Positions 41,287-54,548 of a stretch of 64,000 bases of DNA are shown piece after piece. The position numbers were made by a program, and so were the translations under genes. Source of the stretch: Kudoa neothunni. Lineage: Eukaryota > Animalia > Cnidaria. The stretch covers positions 14,448,261 through 14,512,260 of the forward strand of contig OZ199838.1 in NCBI GenBank assembly GCA_964304625.1, read 5' to 3'. How positions within the stretch are numbered: the stretch's first letter is position 1; every line of letters starts with the position of its first letter. Under the pieces are notes generated by a model, which was not told the origin of the DNA, did not search any database, and saw only the letters and a program-made list of their open reading frames with translations.

Positions 41287-44200
41287 TCATTCGGCTTTAG
41301 GTAATTTTTGGTTGCTATTGAATTCGATATCTTTGGTATTGTTAACTCGATGGGTAACATTTTTGGGAATATTTACGGTCATAAAAGCGATCGCCAAGCA
41401 TGAAAACAATCCTACGTGTCCATAGAAATAGACACTTTTCCACACTTTTATCACTGGACCAGCTTGTAAAAGACAGAATCCAATCACCGTATAATCTATG
41501 AGTCGACTGAGCAAAAACCAGCACATGAATTTAAGTAATAGACAGGTGGTGGCATTCAATTCCTTTAGATGAGTGTTGCAAAAATATATCAATCGGCCTT
41601 CAAGTGATAACAAGCTTATAGCAGTACCAAAAGTGAGGTAGTGTCCCGGGTGTATTCCATGCCATAGGGCGCTTACTATAAATGTGGCTAATCGTCTAAA
41701 TAAATAAATTGATTGAAAATATTCAAGTTTATTTTATTAATTATTTTAATATTTAACACGTCATTTATATTTTGAAACAGATTTTTATTTATAAAGAAAA
41801 AAATTAATTAATAATATAATGTTGCGTCATTATTGGATTGATATCATGTTTTAGAATGTATTAGTTCCACTCTACAATTTTCAGGAACTTAAAACTTCGA
41901 AATTATATACAAGTATTTTTTATATCTTGCGTAATCCTGGAGTTTTTTAGTCTAAATATCCATAAAGAAAATTACTAAAAAACACAAAATTAAATCAAAA
42001 AATATTTTTGGCATTAATGAGATTAATTTTTCTTTTTTTAATAAATTAATAAATATCTCCATTTAGTTTAGAAAGATATTCCATAAAATTTGCATGCAAT
42101 CAAATCATTAGATAATGATTTAACGAGTATTTTACCAACATTTTATTTAAAAATTATTATGAATAATCAATTTCAATTTTCTGATAAAAAAAATAATTCC
42201 TACACAGTATACAGACAATATTTGTCGAAAACATGCACAACAAAAACCACACCTTCGCATAAGCGAGTAATACAATTAATATCTGGTATTTCTTAAGATA
42301 CCAATACTCAGAGTCATTAAACAAATTATTATAGAATTGAAATATATTTTAACCCCCACACATTCTCACTAGCTAATTTTATTAGATACTTATAATTAAA
42401 ATTTTCCCCAACGTGCGTGAAAATATTTGTCACTGTATAAAAAATTAATTCTTATAAATACCGTTAAATAAATTAAATCCATATGGAAACGCTTTATTTC
42501 ATACCAAAACTAATTTTATGTTGATGAATCATTAATCCAGTCTAAATAGAACAATACTCAAATTATTTTATTTATTAAAATGATACAGAAAGACAGGAAA
42601 ACTTTAAAATCGCAAGTTTTACAATTAAATTAATCACTTTGCTTGTTGGAACATAATTCTCTGTAAAATGATAAATTATATTTGTATCTGATGGCAGAAC
42701 TCTTAAAAAGACAACACACGAGGCAGCTTTTCATCAAATATATGGTCCGGAGACTTTTACAATACTTTGTGAAATTTTTAACAATACAAAAATTTATGTG
42801 AGAACAATTGTTGACATAAAGAGCACACATATAGCACGCGTAACGATTATTTTTTAATCTCAATAAATTTTACTATATACTCGTTGTTATCAATTTTTTA
42901 AGGAATCAGATCATTTCTTACAAATAAAACGCGCGCATAACTTACACTTTGATAACAAAAGCGATATATCAATAGTCAAATAATGAAATTTCAACAAATG
43001 AATAAGCACGCGCAAACAAAATTTATGCATAACCACAAATTTCTACCTAAATAATCTAGTTTAATCTATAATATTTTCAGCGTACATAAAAGTTAGAAAG
43101 TATTCGACTTTTAGAGGCTTAATTTAAACGCGGGAATTGTTTATTTGATGAATAAAAACTCTATAATCAGCAATAATGGGACCATGAACTCCATTAGTTC
43201 ACAACAACGTTTAAAACTATTGCTAATATTCCCATTATGTATACAAACAAGTCGTGGTAGCTTGAAAAACTACTATAAAATGATTAGAATTTAAACAGTA
43301 CAAGAATCAAAATCACATAAACACTTAGTGAAGGGGTTCTCAACGGGTTTTTTCAAATTTACCCCCATAACTTGGAATCCGAATTCATATTTACTTTAAG
43401 GCTTTATACTGGTTTAATTATGGCAGAAGTTATTTGAGAGGTAAATTCTGATCCTAAAGGCGTCTACGCTTGCATAATGACAATTTTTAGCCCCATCGAC
43501 TCTTTCTTACTCACAAGCTGTCTACAGATTTAATTTTCTAGATTTTGCTAAATTAAATTGTTTCTACCTCAATCCTTTGCTCTCCAGGCCATACATTATT
43601 AAAAATAGTCCAAACTAACGACACTTAAGTATTAATATTATTTGTCTACATCACTAAAAAATAAACGAACTATATAAGGATGAGACCGATTATAGTTTTA
43701 TAATTAATTGTTAAATATTTATTCCTAAAAACATTTTAAGCACTTCTGTCTAATCCTTATTGAGTTCAATAACTCTAAATAATAGAATTCATTAGAAATG
43801 CTAAAGTGCGTTAAAAATCTTTAATGAAAAAATTTCTCCTGTAATTTAAATTTTACCCCTAGTTGAGAACCCCTGATTTAATGGGTTAAGTTCATGTCGA
43901 TATCTCAAAGTAAAGATTCTTCCTTAAACGGACGGCTTCACAATTGATATTTAAATAAAACCCTCATTTAGAAGAAACTGGTTACCGCCATATGATCGAT
44001 AATTCCATATTCCTCTCAAAATTTTTTGAAAATTTATAGAAGAATTGACGGAAATTGCAGTTGCGTATTAAAATTAATTAAAATCAGATTAGTTTTAGAG
44101 TCGTTTTATATTTAACACACAAATCAAAAAACTTTGAATTATTTATTTGTCATTTTCAAGAAAGATTGGAATGTTGTGCACTTGGTCGCGATTTGAGGTT

Positions 44201-45548
44201 GGTTTTTAACTTTCATTAAAATATTATTAAGATTTATTTTAAAGATAAAATTAACTGAAAAAGTCGAGAAAGTATCTACCCATGGGACTTTCTTTTGAAT
44301 GATAACCCCCTGTATATGTTGTGAGCCAACCAACTTTGAACGGTGATATTCCAATGTCGCACCATATTTCCGTAAATGTATCCAAATTCCATGTCGTATA
44401 CGCTAATATTGTTTATTGTCGTAAATCTAAAAAGAATAAAATAATTTGTAACAAATATAGCTTTGTACGAAATATCTTGAGGTCGAGTCACTTTTTTCCA
44501 CAATGGAGCAGGATCAACCGAAGGTCCAATAAGTGTTTTGGGTCTCGATTCAACTGGATAAGCTCCCATTCCCAAGCCTTTGCATGTCCATTTGGCAAAT
44601 ATAAATGCAACATAAAGTCGATATTTGAGAACAGTAGCGCACACAGTTATCCACCACACTTTCTTCAAAAAACTGTCCTGATAAAGAAACTGATCTGTGG
44701 TAAGATAAGTGAATTTGACGTATGATTTGGCAGTGAGAGCCGCCGTCCCTAAATACACTACCACCAACAAATCTTCCATGATAATGGACGAAATGGAGGG
44801 AAGAAATTCTATAATTTGAATTCCATCTTCGTTAAAAATTCTAAAATAAAAATTTAGTTTCTAATGTAAAAAAATAATTCAAACATACTTATTCATATGA
44901 AGCATATCTTTGTAGGTGGGATACGAAATACATGGACCGACAACCATGCCACAATAACAAAGATAATAGGATAATTCATCATACAATGAAACTATCTGAT
45001 GTATTGAAAGATTGGGATTGTTCCGTCGATTATATTCACCATTGATCCAAAATGCAAAGCCAACCAACTAAAATATAACACATTAATCCACTGAGATTTT
45101 ATGCAGATTATCTACCTTGAGAATCAAAAATAACACAAGCAAATCACCAAGAAATGAAATTCGAACTTTCTCCATCAAAATCATAATACGCAGGATGGTC
45201 GCCATTGTGAAAATTATGGTTAATGAATACATGTGGCATCGTCTAAAAGTTGATAATGATTAAATATAAAAGAAAACAACCTAACTTATAATAATATAGT
45301 TACTTTGGTCCTGTTATTCGTATAGTTAAAGTGTTTGTCAATTTCATCAACATTGTCGCATAAATATCAGTCATATTTCCAATACAAAAGCCATAAGTTG
45401 CAACCCCCAGCAAAGTGCAATATATTTGTTTTGTGTTAGGGTTGTTCACTTTTCTTATTAGTGCACCAAATACAACCAATGCGAATACATATGGAGGAAT
45501 AAAAAAATCCTCAAAAAGTTTATTAGAGAGGTTGAATTTATTTGTCAT
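41287..45548 (-). CDS. MBOAT7: Membrane-bound O-acyltransferase, MBOAT7/LPIAT1-like, multi-exon
   Basis: YCGMVVGP, KWTCKGLGMGAYPVESRPKTLIGPS, VRHWNITVQSWLAHNIY (44276-44779) and SALWHGIHPGHYLTF with the catalytic His (about 41630-41675). A ~2.5 kb intron separates the last two exons. Confidence 0.88.
43331..43875. mobile_element. hAT-type non-autonomous element in the MBOAT intron
   Basis: TIRs aggggttctcaac / gttgagaacccctg with an imperfect 8-bp TSD (acttagtg / atttaatg). Interior is similar to about 3150-3480. Confidence 0.75.
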
Positions 45549-45869
45549 AAGGATAGATAAGTTGATATAGTGTATTCAGGCTCCAATTTCTATGTAGATG
45601 ACCAAAATTTAAAATTTACTAGATTTATATTAATTAAAATTCGATTACTAAAAATATAGGAAGTGGCTTTGATGCAAAAATTATAACTTGTATCTTTATC
45701 CTCCTTATTCCCGATCTTTAGCGACATCAATTCGAGCAATTTAAAGGGACTACGATTGTTGTTTGTGTACTAATTTGGTATAGGTTATTGGGATGAATTT
45801 TGTTTTGATTTAATTAGAAATCGTTAATACCAACAACATAGATGTAGTCTGTAATGATGAATGACCTTG

Positions 45870-46110
45870 ATTAACCCTCTTATGTACTAAAAATCGACTG
45901 CACTCTGGTGAATTTTGGGGTAAAAAATTACCCCCGATTTTTATTTATCCATTGAACCATAAAAAATATTTGATTAAGGAAATACAACTAGGCATAATCT
46001 CAACGCTAGATTCAGCTGTAAAACAACTAACAACCGAGTAGTAATCCTCTCAATCTTACGAAAATTGTATTCGTTAAAATCCGCAATGACAATTTTTTAT
46101 TAACGCTTAA
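45870..46110. mobile_element. End fragment of a piggyBac-type element of the 24736-25891 family, interrupted at a TTAA by the Merlin-containing element
   Basis: Starts TTAACCCTCTTATGTACTAAAAA and matches the reverse complement of about 25650-25891. Confidence 0.7.
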
Positions 46111-49100
46111 CCCTTTCGTGACAAATTTTTCTTTTTTTTTGAATTTTTTCATGCGTTTATAAACTCTAATTATTCCCATTTTATTTTTATGTATTGAATT
46201 AAAGTTTTTGGTAATTATAAAGCCTGTGACACCTGAAAAACACTCCTTTTCGCATCTTTTTAGTTGATAACTTTTTTACGATTCTTATTAATAAAATAAA
46301 CAAATATCGAAAGCAAAAATTCAGCCCTAGGTAATAACCTCTAAATTTTAATCAAATTCTACTTGAGCAAAATCGTCCCTGCGTGTTACCTCCTTTTTGT
46401 TTACTAAAGCTCGCCAGTTTCATTATTTGTCACATATTTTAACATATTCGTTACATTAAATCATTTAAGTTATTTTTTTACATTAAGAAATAAACAGATT
46501 TGCTAATTTCACGTTTTTTAAACGCGTGCTAGTCCAAACTGGAGTCGTTAAGTTTTACAGGCGATGATGACTCTTATTTACTCATTAATGATTACGAAAA
46601 GTTCTTCCATGTATTTGTTGCTAAGGGTTATCTTCACAGTGCTCCAACTTGCTGTAGCAATTGCAAGGATTTTGGTTGCTTCATCCTTAGAAAGCGAAAA
46701 TTAAATGTTGTCAGACCGATAACTGAACAGCTAGCATATGACAGAAATAACGTCGATTATTCTATCACCTATTATGTAAAAAAGTAATATTTTATCTCAA
46801 GTCGCCGCTTTTAAAAACAATAGACGTAAAACTACTTCCCCCCCCCCCCCCCCCCCCCAAAATGGAACATTTTTTTCAAACTCTCATATACGTGGTCCGT
46901 CCCAGAATCTAACACTGACAAAAAATTTAAAATATTATATCGCTGGCGTATGGATGAAACTATTTTAAATACAAACAAAAATGATTAGTTAAGTATGCCT
47001 GCAGTTTCAGCGTGGTTCAAAAAACCCGATAACTCTGCAAATCACCCCTCGAGAACAGAACAAACTTGATGGGAAGATTTCATTGTAGAAATTCATGAAT
47101 TCTTCCTCCATGGAAAAAGGAAAAATAAAGAATTTTTAGAGTCAGGTACTAAATCTCGAATTTGATATAATTATTTAGATAACGTATTTCTTTTACTTAA
47201 TAGATGCGGAAGATGGAAGTGATAGCGATTATTTCCCCACAGAAGTTGAATTTTTTTGATGTATCCTTCGACAGCATTTTATGATGTCACTATTTTAATA
47301 AATAGTGTAAATAGATGCTGCACTAAGAAGAGGAAAATATGATGGAAGGGTTGATGATCCTTTGATTTTTGGATTGGCTCAGTGTAAACTTGACGGCATG
47401 GGAAAGAGGACTCTCGTAGAAGTGAGGTACTTCTATGTAGTGAAGTGGAATTCGGTGACACTTTTGCCCATCATCGAAAAAGAAATCCACAAAGGATCAA
47501 CCATATCCAGTGACGAATGGCACGTCTATAATGGTATACGTGAGCTTAGCTATGATTATGTTAAGGTCAACCACTTGAAAGGATACGTGCAGAATTGTGC
47601 CCATACAAATACTATCGAAGGATGCTGGGGAGGTTAAAAACAAAATTTTTTCGCATAAAATGGGGGGTATCATCCTCAAATCTTGAGGAATAACTTATTG
47701 AAGAAATGGTACCGATTTATCATGGCGAAGAAATAAATCCTCTCAATAACATTTTAAGATAATTTATCTTTGTTTTTGAAAATATTCATATTTTAGTCTT
47801 TTTTTTATGTTCAAAAAGTCGATGTTAACATAAATGGATAAATAAACTGTTCCAATAATGATAGGTTAGTTATTTAAGAATTTATTAGATAAATTAATAT
47901 TTACCACGCAACATTTTCTGAATTTTGATATAAAATAATTAAATGCTTGTGTACACTTAGAAATCTGCCAGCTGAATAATGTCATTAACAAATATCGCAG
48001 AAAATTTTTTATAGCGGAAGAATTTTTCTTTGGAAGTCATTAACATTAGAATTTTTGAAATCTGATAAGGATTACAGTGACTTATGGGGTCGTTCGTAAT
48101 ATCGCAATAAAACATAAATTAATAAGCTTTTTGAAAATTTAATTTTTACTATCTAAACTTTATTAAAAACGTAACATATTGCTTAAATTGGACTTTAGAA
48201 AACTTAAAATATCAACAGTTTTTATGCATTTAATGTGTCGTGCGCAATTATGGCTCGTGCGTCGGTAGCTAACAAAAAGAAATTACTAACTCTATCGATA
48301 AAATTAGAAATCATCAAACACTACGAAAAGATATCGAATAAACCAAACGCCAAATTGAAACGATGAAGGCCTTCGACGTAAAAGCAAGATCTACCTTGAA
48401 TACTATCCTAAACAATAAAGACAAGTTGCTTAAGCACTATAACGACGGTTCTGTTTCCAAACTAAGAAAAACTCTTAAGAAAGGAGAACATATAGATATC
48501 GATCATCAAGTGAAAGACTGGATAGAATTCATGAGAGCAAAAAATATAGAACTTTCTCAAGAAGTTATCATCAATAAAGCCAATGGAATTCTTGATGATG
48601 CCTCAAAAGAAACACCTTTGTCAATTGGCTGGTTTTATGGCTTTATAAAAAGATTTAATATCTCTCGTAGTACATTTTTCGGTGAATCGAAATGTGTAAA
48701 CAATATTGTCATCGAGGAATGGAAAACCAATTTGAGCGAAATCTTTAAGAGCTGGGAGGCCTAAGGATATTTTTAATACAGACGAAACAGGCTTGTATTA
48801 TCAGCAACGAAAAATTTATTAATATGTTTATGTGTTATATATCTTGCGTAGGTAGAGGATATGTATTCACTAACGAGGTAAATAAAAATGGGTGTAAACA
48901 ATCAAAAAAAAAGAATAACTGCTTTGTTTACCTGCTCTATGCTCGGAGAAAAATTAGACCCATTAATAATAGGTAAGTTTTCAAAGCCCCGTTGTTTTGG
49001 ATCAATTAAAAAGCTGCCATTGGATTATGAAGCAAACACTAACGCTTGGATGACAGAGAAAATATTTTCCCAATTCCTCATTAGGTGGAACAAGAAATTA

Positions 49101-50800
49101 ATTATGTCAACAAGGAAAATTTTGCTTTTTCTTGACAACTGCCCCTCACACCCTAATTTGAACCTTTCCAATATTACTTTATGTTTCTTCCCATTTAATG
49201 CTACTAGCGTTTTGCAACCTCTTGACTAAGGGATAACCAACAATGTTAAAGTAATTTATAAGAAACATTTAATGGAGTCTCTTATACAGAGATTGGAAGA
49301 TGGATCGACCAAATGCGAATTACCCACCATTTTGGAAGCGATGTTTCTGTTGAAGAATTCATGGGATCATGTAAAAACCGAAACAATTGTAAATTGTTTT
49401 AGAAAGTCATTTTCCCCATGCCACGAAGAATTAGAAACTCTCACAGAAAATGAAAATCCAACAATCGAATTAAAAGAAATGATGGAAGAAGTCAATATAA
49501 TCACTATAAATCCAGAAGTTTGTGTTGCTGATGAAGTGGATAGCGATAATACTAGTATTCTTTCACATCATGATAGGATAGAAGCAGGGTCTGATAATGG
49601 TTCTATTTAAGCTGTTCTCGTTTCTGATAAGGATATGTTTAAATATTTGGCCTGTATAAGGAGATATTTTAAAACCAAAAGCCCAGAAATGTTAAAGCAA
49701 ATAACAAAATTCGACGATCTAATTTTAGGAACGACTGCATTACAAATTACTTTAAAAGTAACCGTAGTTGATTACGCTTGTTAACGAAGATATTACGTAT
49801 TATTTTTAATTTTTGTTTATTTCGCATGCGCAAAGCTATGTGTGATGCGTAATTATGGCTCGTGCGTAATGACTTTGAATTCCCTTTTGATTACGCACGA
49901 CCCATAAGTCCTTGTATTTTGCGAGAAATTCAAAAAATTAAATAATTCATATATGGCACTTGAATAATTCTATATTCACCTTCTCGTAAAAATATTATTT
50001 TTGCGTAAAATCAGGTATTGAGTGCTATTAACAAATGTTTTTTTAACATTTTGGATTTTTTACATTTAATTGAATAGAGTACTCCAAAAAATTGTATATG
50101 ATACTTTATCATTTTTATTGGATTTATCTACGTAACCTTAAAATCGTCTATTTTCTATTTTGATAACTGCTGTATTATATTGATTATTTTATGACAAACA
50201 TAATAGTTTATAATTTTTTTTGGAAGATAATGGACATAATAAAATGTCAACTTTCAAACGACTTCAGCCATACCATTGTATTCACCGAATATAAATTTAC
50301 CAACAAAATTTATAAACTAAAACTCTTGTTTAACATAATAAATAATAGTCAAATTTAAAGTTTACTTATTTTAATTTGAATAGAATGGTGTTTCCAGTAT
50401 CTAAAATATGGCATCATTATATAGAACACTTAAATTCATTTGTTGGTCAAATAATTATTTAAAAAAATAATTTAAGTTATTTTAAATAACGAACGCATTA
50501 AAATATGTGACAAACATTGAAACTGGCAAGTTTTTGTAAACGAAACAGAGATTACACTTAGGATCTATTTTGCTCGGGGCGGGTTAGATCAAAATATAGA
50601 AATTAATGTTTGTGACCACATTCTTCCATTACTTATTTATTTTATTAAGGAGAATCGTGTAGAAATTGACGATAAAAGAGACGTACGAAGGGTGTCTTTC
50701 AAGTATCACATGTTTCATTATTACTATCGGAGAACTTCTTAAAAATTAATGTTATGAAAATTAAAAAATGCAAAAAAATATTTCAAAACAAACGAATATT
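46107..50800 (+). mobile_element. Long-TIR element with a degraded Merlin/ISXO2 (IS1595-like) DDE transposase
   Basis: ~400 bp imperfect inverted repeats (46110-46500 vs 50440-50800). Coding remnants IVEIHEFFLHGKRK, IFGL.., TLLPIIEKEIHKGSTISSDEW.., VNH..AHTNTIEGCW, plus an upstream Cys cluster at about 46650. Confidence 0.82.
48075..49914 (+). mobile_element. Tigger/pogo (CENP-B-like) transposon, inactivated, nested in the Merlin element
   Basis: TA-flanked TIRs CAGTGACTTATGGGGTCGTTCGTAAT / ATTACGCACGACCCATAAGTCCTTG. HTH region (SIGWFYGFIKRF) and DDD motifs (FNTDETGL, ILLFLDNCPSH, SVLQPLD), with stops. Confidence 0.93.
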
Positions 50801-50868
50801 TACACTTGACTCTTAATCGTGAATGTCAGTATCAAGATCTTATTTATGCATTTCTATAGCCTTCCAAC

Positions 50869-53024
50869 TGTCACGTGATTATGGTTCTCTCGAAAGGCCC
50901 CATGCTAAAATAATTTATTCTAAATACAATTTATTTGACTCCCCATGTCTTTGTAATAATCAATTATTTAGAACCTTGATATGAGGAAGGAAAATATATC
51001 CCCAAAACTTTGATTGTAAACAAGGTTTCACAATATTTCTTAACTTAAAACATTTACTCATATGATAAATTCATGTTGTAAAGCACTAAACACATGATAA
51101 AAATTTTATTTTTTATCTTATTGAATTATCTAGGAGCTTTTGTAGTGCCATATTTACTGAATTTTTTCTGTGGATATTTCAAAGAATTCAAACTCTATTT
51201 TCCTATTAATAAAGTTAATTTCTAATATATTAATTATTTTGGTTAAGTATAAAAATATTTCGGAATTAAAAAGCTACCGACACGTAAATCCATCACATAA
51301 ATTAATTTTATTATTACATTGACTTCATTGTTTCACACTTTATAATAAAACTTATTGTAAGTTCAAGAACTGAAAAATTCACCAACACTTTTCAAGGTGA
51401 CATTAAACCAGGCGAAAAAACCTCATATAATGTGCAATTTAATAAACAATTTTTATTTTGGGATTTAAATTAAATACAAATAATTATTCGAAAAATCAAT
51501 ATCTATAAATTTAAGGTCATAATTATTATTCCGCAATAGCTCAATAAAATATACTGAATATAAAATAAGAAAATAATAATCGGTAAATATTGAAATCTAA
51601 AACGACCTTTCTTATTAAGCTTCATCAACCTAGTTTCTTTTTCGGAATGCAATAAATGCACCTATTCCTCCAATCACAACAATTATTGCCACAACCGCTA
51701 TGATGATTCTAAAATTTATTATTTAAATAAATCATATTTCCAACATAATACATAGTGTTTTTGCTTGACCTAGAAAATAATATAATAAGTTTTCTGACTA
51801 TTATAATATTTACGTTGATCTACTTCCCGCTTCTCCTACATTTTAAATCAATATAGCTGATCGATAGGAGAATTTTTACCTTTCTTAATTTCTTCGGCTC
51901 CAAATACTGTTGCATCTTCACTGTGATAAATCGTCAAGTGATAATCATTTAAATCCTCCACATTTTCGATGGTGAAACTTTCACAATTTGGCAGTGAGTT
52001 GCAATCGCCGACTGAATTGCCAGTACATTTTTTGACCGTTGGTCTTGCAGGATCATTTGAATTTACCAATGTCCACTTACATTTGGATCCTTTGGATTTA
52101 CCCTCGGGAAGGGTGCTGGTGACTTTTAGTGTTGTACCCTCACGATTAATGACAACAGTTATTTTTTTCGATGGTTCAGTTGGGGTCACCGGTAATGGTT
52201 CTAAATAAATTTTAATATTTTTATTATCATGAGAAAATATTATTATTGATTATATCAATAGATAAAAATAATTTCTGTTAACAACTGATAAAGTTTACTT
52301 GGTTCTATCGTAATTACTGACTCTTTTGATCTACCAACAGCTGTAACCAATATTTTATATTCCTTGTTTGCATAAAAACCATCACTGAATACGATATTTT
52401 CACATAATGGCACTTCAGTACAATATTCAGCAGGTGCTGGATTTGCGAGTGGTTGCTGTTTGTCTGTACCTGTTCTAGCAATAATAATTCCGTCATTTTC
52501 ACCTAGCATTATTGACAATGCTGATTTGGGTGCATTAACCGGGCAAGAAAAAACAGTCTCCCATTGACCTCCCCTTTTCTCTTTAATCTGATAATGACAT
52601 TGCGCTTCAGCGTACGGTGTTGACAATGTGCCTTTGATTCTGTAACCCTTGTCTAATGGTTCTTTAGCAAGCGCAAGATTAGAAAATACTATTTTAAATA
52701 TTACTGAAAACATTCATATAATAACCATATTTACTCGTTTTAAGATTGGAAAATGTAGTAGAACCATACTCGGAATATGCTACAACCTTAACGTCGTACG
52801 CTGTATTAGGCTCAAGGTCAACAACAGTTTTGGAATCTTTGCACAAGCCTCTGCAGGGTACGCTATCCAAACATGCAGCTTCTACAAACAGATTTTTCCC
52901 TGTAGCACTAACATAGAAGTCACATACAGGCTCGGTTGATTCATTTCCAGGACTTCCATCTATTGCCTTTATTATGATAGACGTATCCCTCAGAGTTGGC
53001 TGGGCCGAATTAAATAATTTTTCC
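50869..53024. repeat. Segmental direct duplication, unit 1 (partner 61835-64000, offset about 10.97 kb)
   Basis: Near-identical sequence from tgtcacgtgattatg onward. Scattered substitutions and small indels, mostly in the 3' flank of the gene. Confidence 0.95.
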
Positions 53025-54548
53025 CCATTTTTTTCTTTATTATGTTAAAAATAGGATAATTAAATTTTTATTACCTGTTTCAATATATAGGTATTCTTTA
53101 AAATCAGCGTAGTTGTTTATATTTCTCGGAGAAATTTGAAACATGAGTGATTTTCCTTCAGGTAAGCTTTGTATGGTGGCCACTGAACTGCAAAGATTGG
53201 AGCAAGTCTGTCCACTTGAACATTGTGCATCATTATTTTGGCCGTCCTTAGGCGTGCCTGCGGCATAATATTTAATGTTGCATTGATCAAAGTTTACTCT
53301 AGTTCCAGTCGATGGCGCCAATAACGGCAGATTTATTTTAACCCCAGTACTTGTAATAGAAGAGATCAGTGCTTCTTCCTCTCCACTGGGTTCGATTATG
53401 GCTATAACAATTTCATAAGAGAAGGAATTTATTTATTTACCATATTTTTTATAGGTATATCCCTGTATTGGCCTTTGATCACCTGCTACTAAATTATGAT
53501 GTCTCCTTTGAATCAATATTTCAACGATGGGTTTAGTTTGTTCGAGTGTGAGCTCCACCTCGTCACAAGGGGCATAGCAAGGTTTGTTTATGCCGCCGCA
53601 ATTTGAGGAGTAAACGGCTGGATTTGGACTTAGGCTATCGATTCCGTCTCTAATACTGAATAAGCATATTTCACTTGGAAATGAGTTGGTGAATTTAAGT
53701 TGATATTGTGTTTTTATCGCTTCAGATTTATACTTAACGTAGAACTGTGGCTTATAAATGTCTGTTTCCTCTCTCATATAATAATTGGGCAGATGGTAGT
53801 AGAATATGGGATAATCGGTGCATCTCACTTCAAAATATGGGATTTTGATGCCGTATTCAACCGATTTGGCGTAGGTGTCACTACTGCTATTGTAGGCGAA
53901 TCCACAATTATCCCCTGCAGGTACATTTTTGTATTTTATGCCTTTGTAATAAATAGGACATGCAACTGGTTTACACGTAACCGCACTCAGCATTAATTGA
54001 TCACCATTATGTGTCGACCCTGTAATAAATGGGTCAACCAACAACGCTAAATTTACCTTAATATATAACAAAGTTATTTAATCATACGTATTTGAAAACC
54101 AAAAACATTCCCACCCTTTTTATGAGAATTTTCTTTTACATCAGCTGGATCATCCCCATCCTTTATGTAAACATATTTCGACCTTGGGGAGAAATATAGA
54201 TAATCAAGATTATTGTCTTTTCCAGTACAGGATCGGACACACATACTATAAATACCACTTTCCTTATTTGCACATCCATCTATTTCATCATAGTCGTTTC
54301 CATTGGCGTTTTCTTTCATTATACGACATTTTTTTGTTCCTTCATACGCTAAACCCTTTAATTCAATGTTAACTTTAGCGGAACTTTCAAGAGGATCTTT
54401 CAACTGATAATAAACTTCTCTAGCAGCTTTTGAAGTATCTGTTGTAGAGTAAGAACATGTGACTAATTAACAATTAATTAAATCAACCATTATTTGAATT
54501 ACATGCAAGTATAATCAAAGGAATAAAGTTTTTGTTATTAAATTTCAT
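51630..54548 (-). CDS. Type I membrane surface protein with about 7 Cys-rich fibronectin type III-like modules, copy 1 (roughly 800 aa)
   Basis: Signal-peptide-like exon MKFNNKNFIPLIILA|FTCS. Module-sized phase-1 exons follow; one missed by the ORF track (about 52735-53035) reads ..VVDLEPNTAYDVKVVAYSEYG, an FN3 signature. Ends with TM IIIAVVAIIVVIGGIGAFIAF and tail RKRN*. Confidence 0.8.

Noticed and set aside
44321-44725. 134 aa plus-strand ORF
   Set aside because: Antisense to MBOAT exons.
51969-53996. Plus-strand ORFs 51969-52208, 52649-52939 and 53700-53996, and their duplicates at 62945 and 63625
   Set aside because: Antisense shadows of the minus-strand surface-protein exons.
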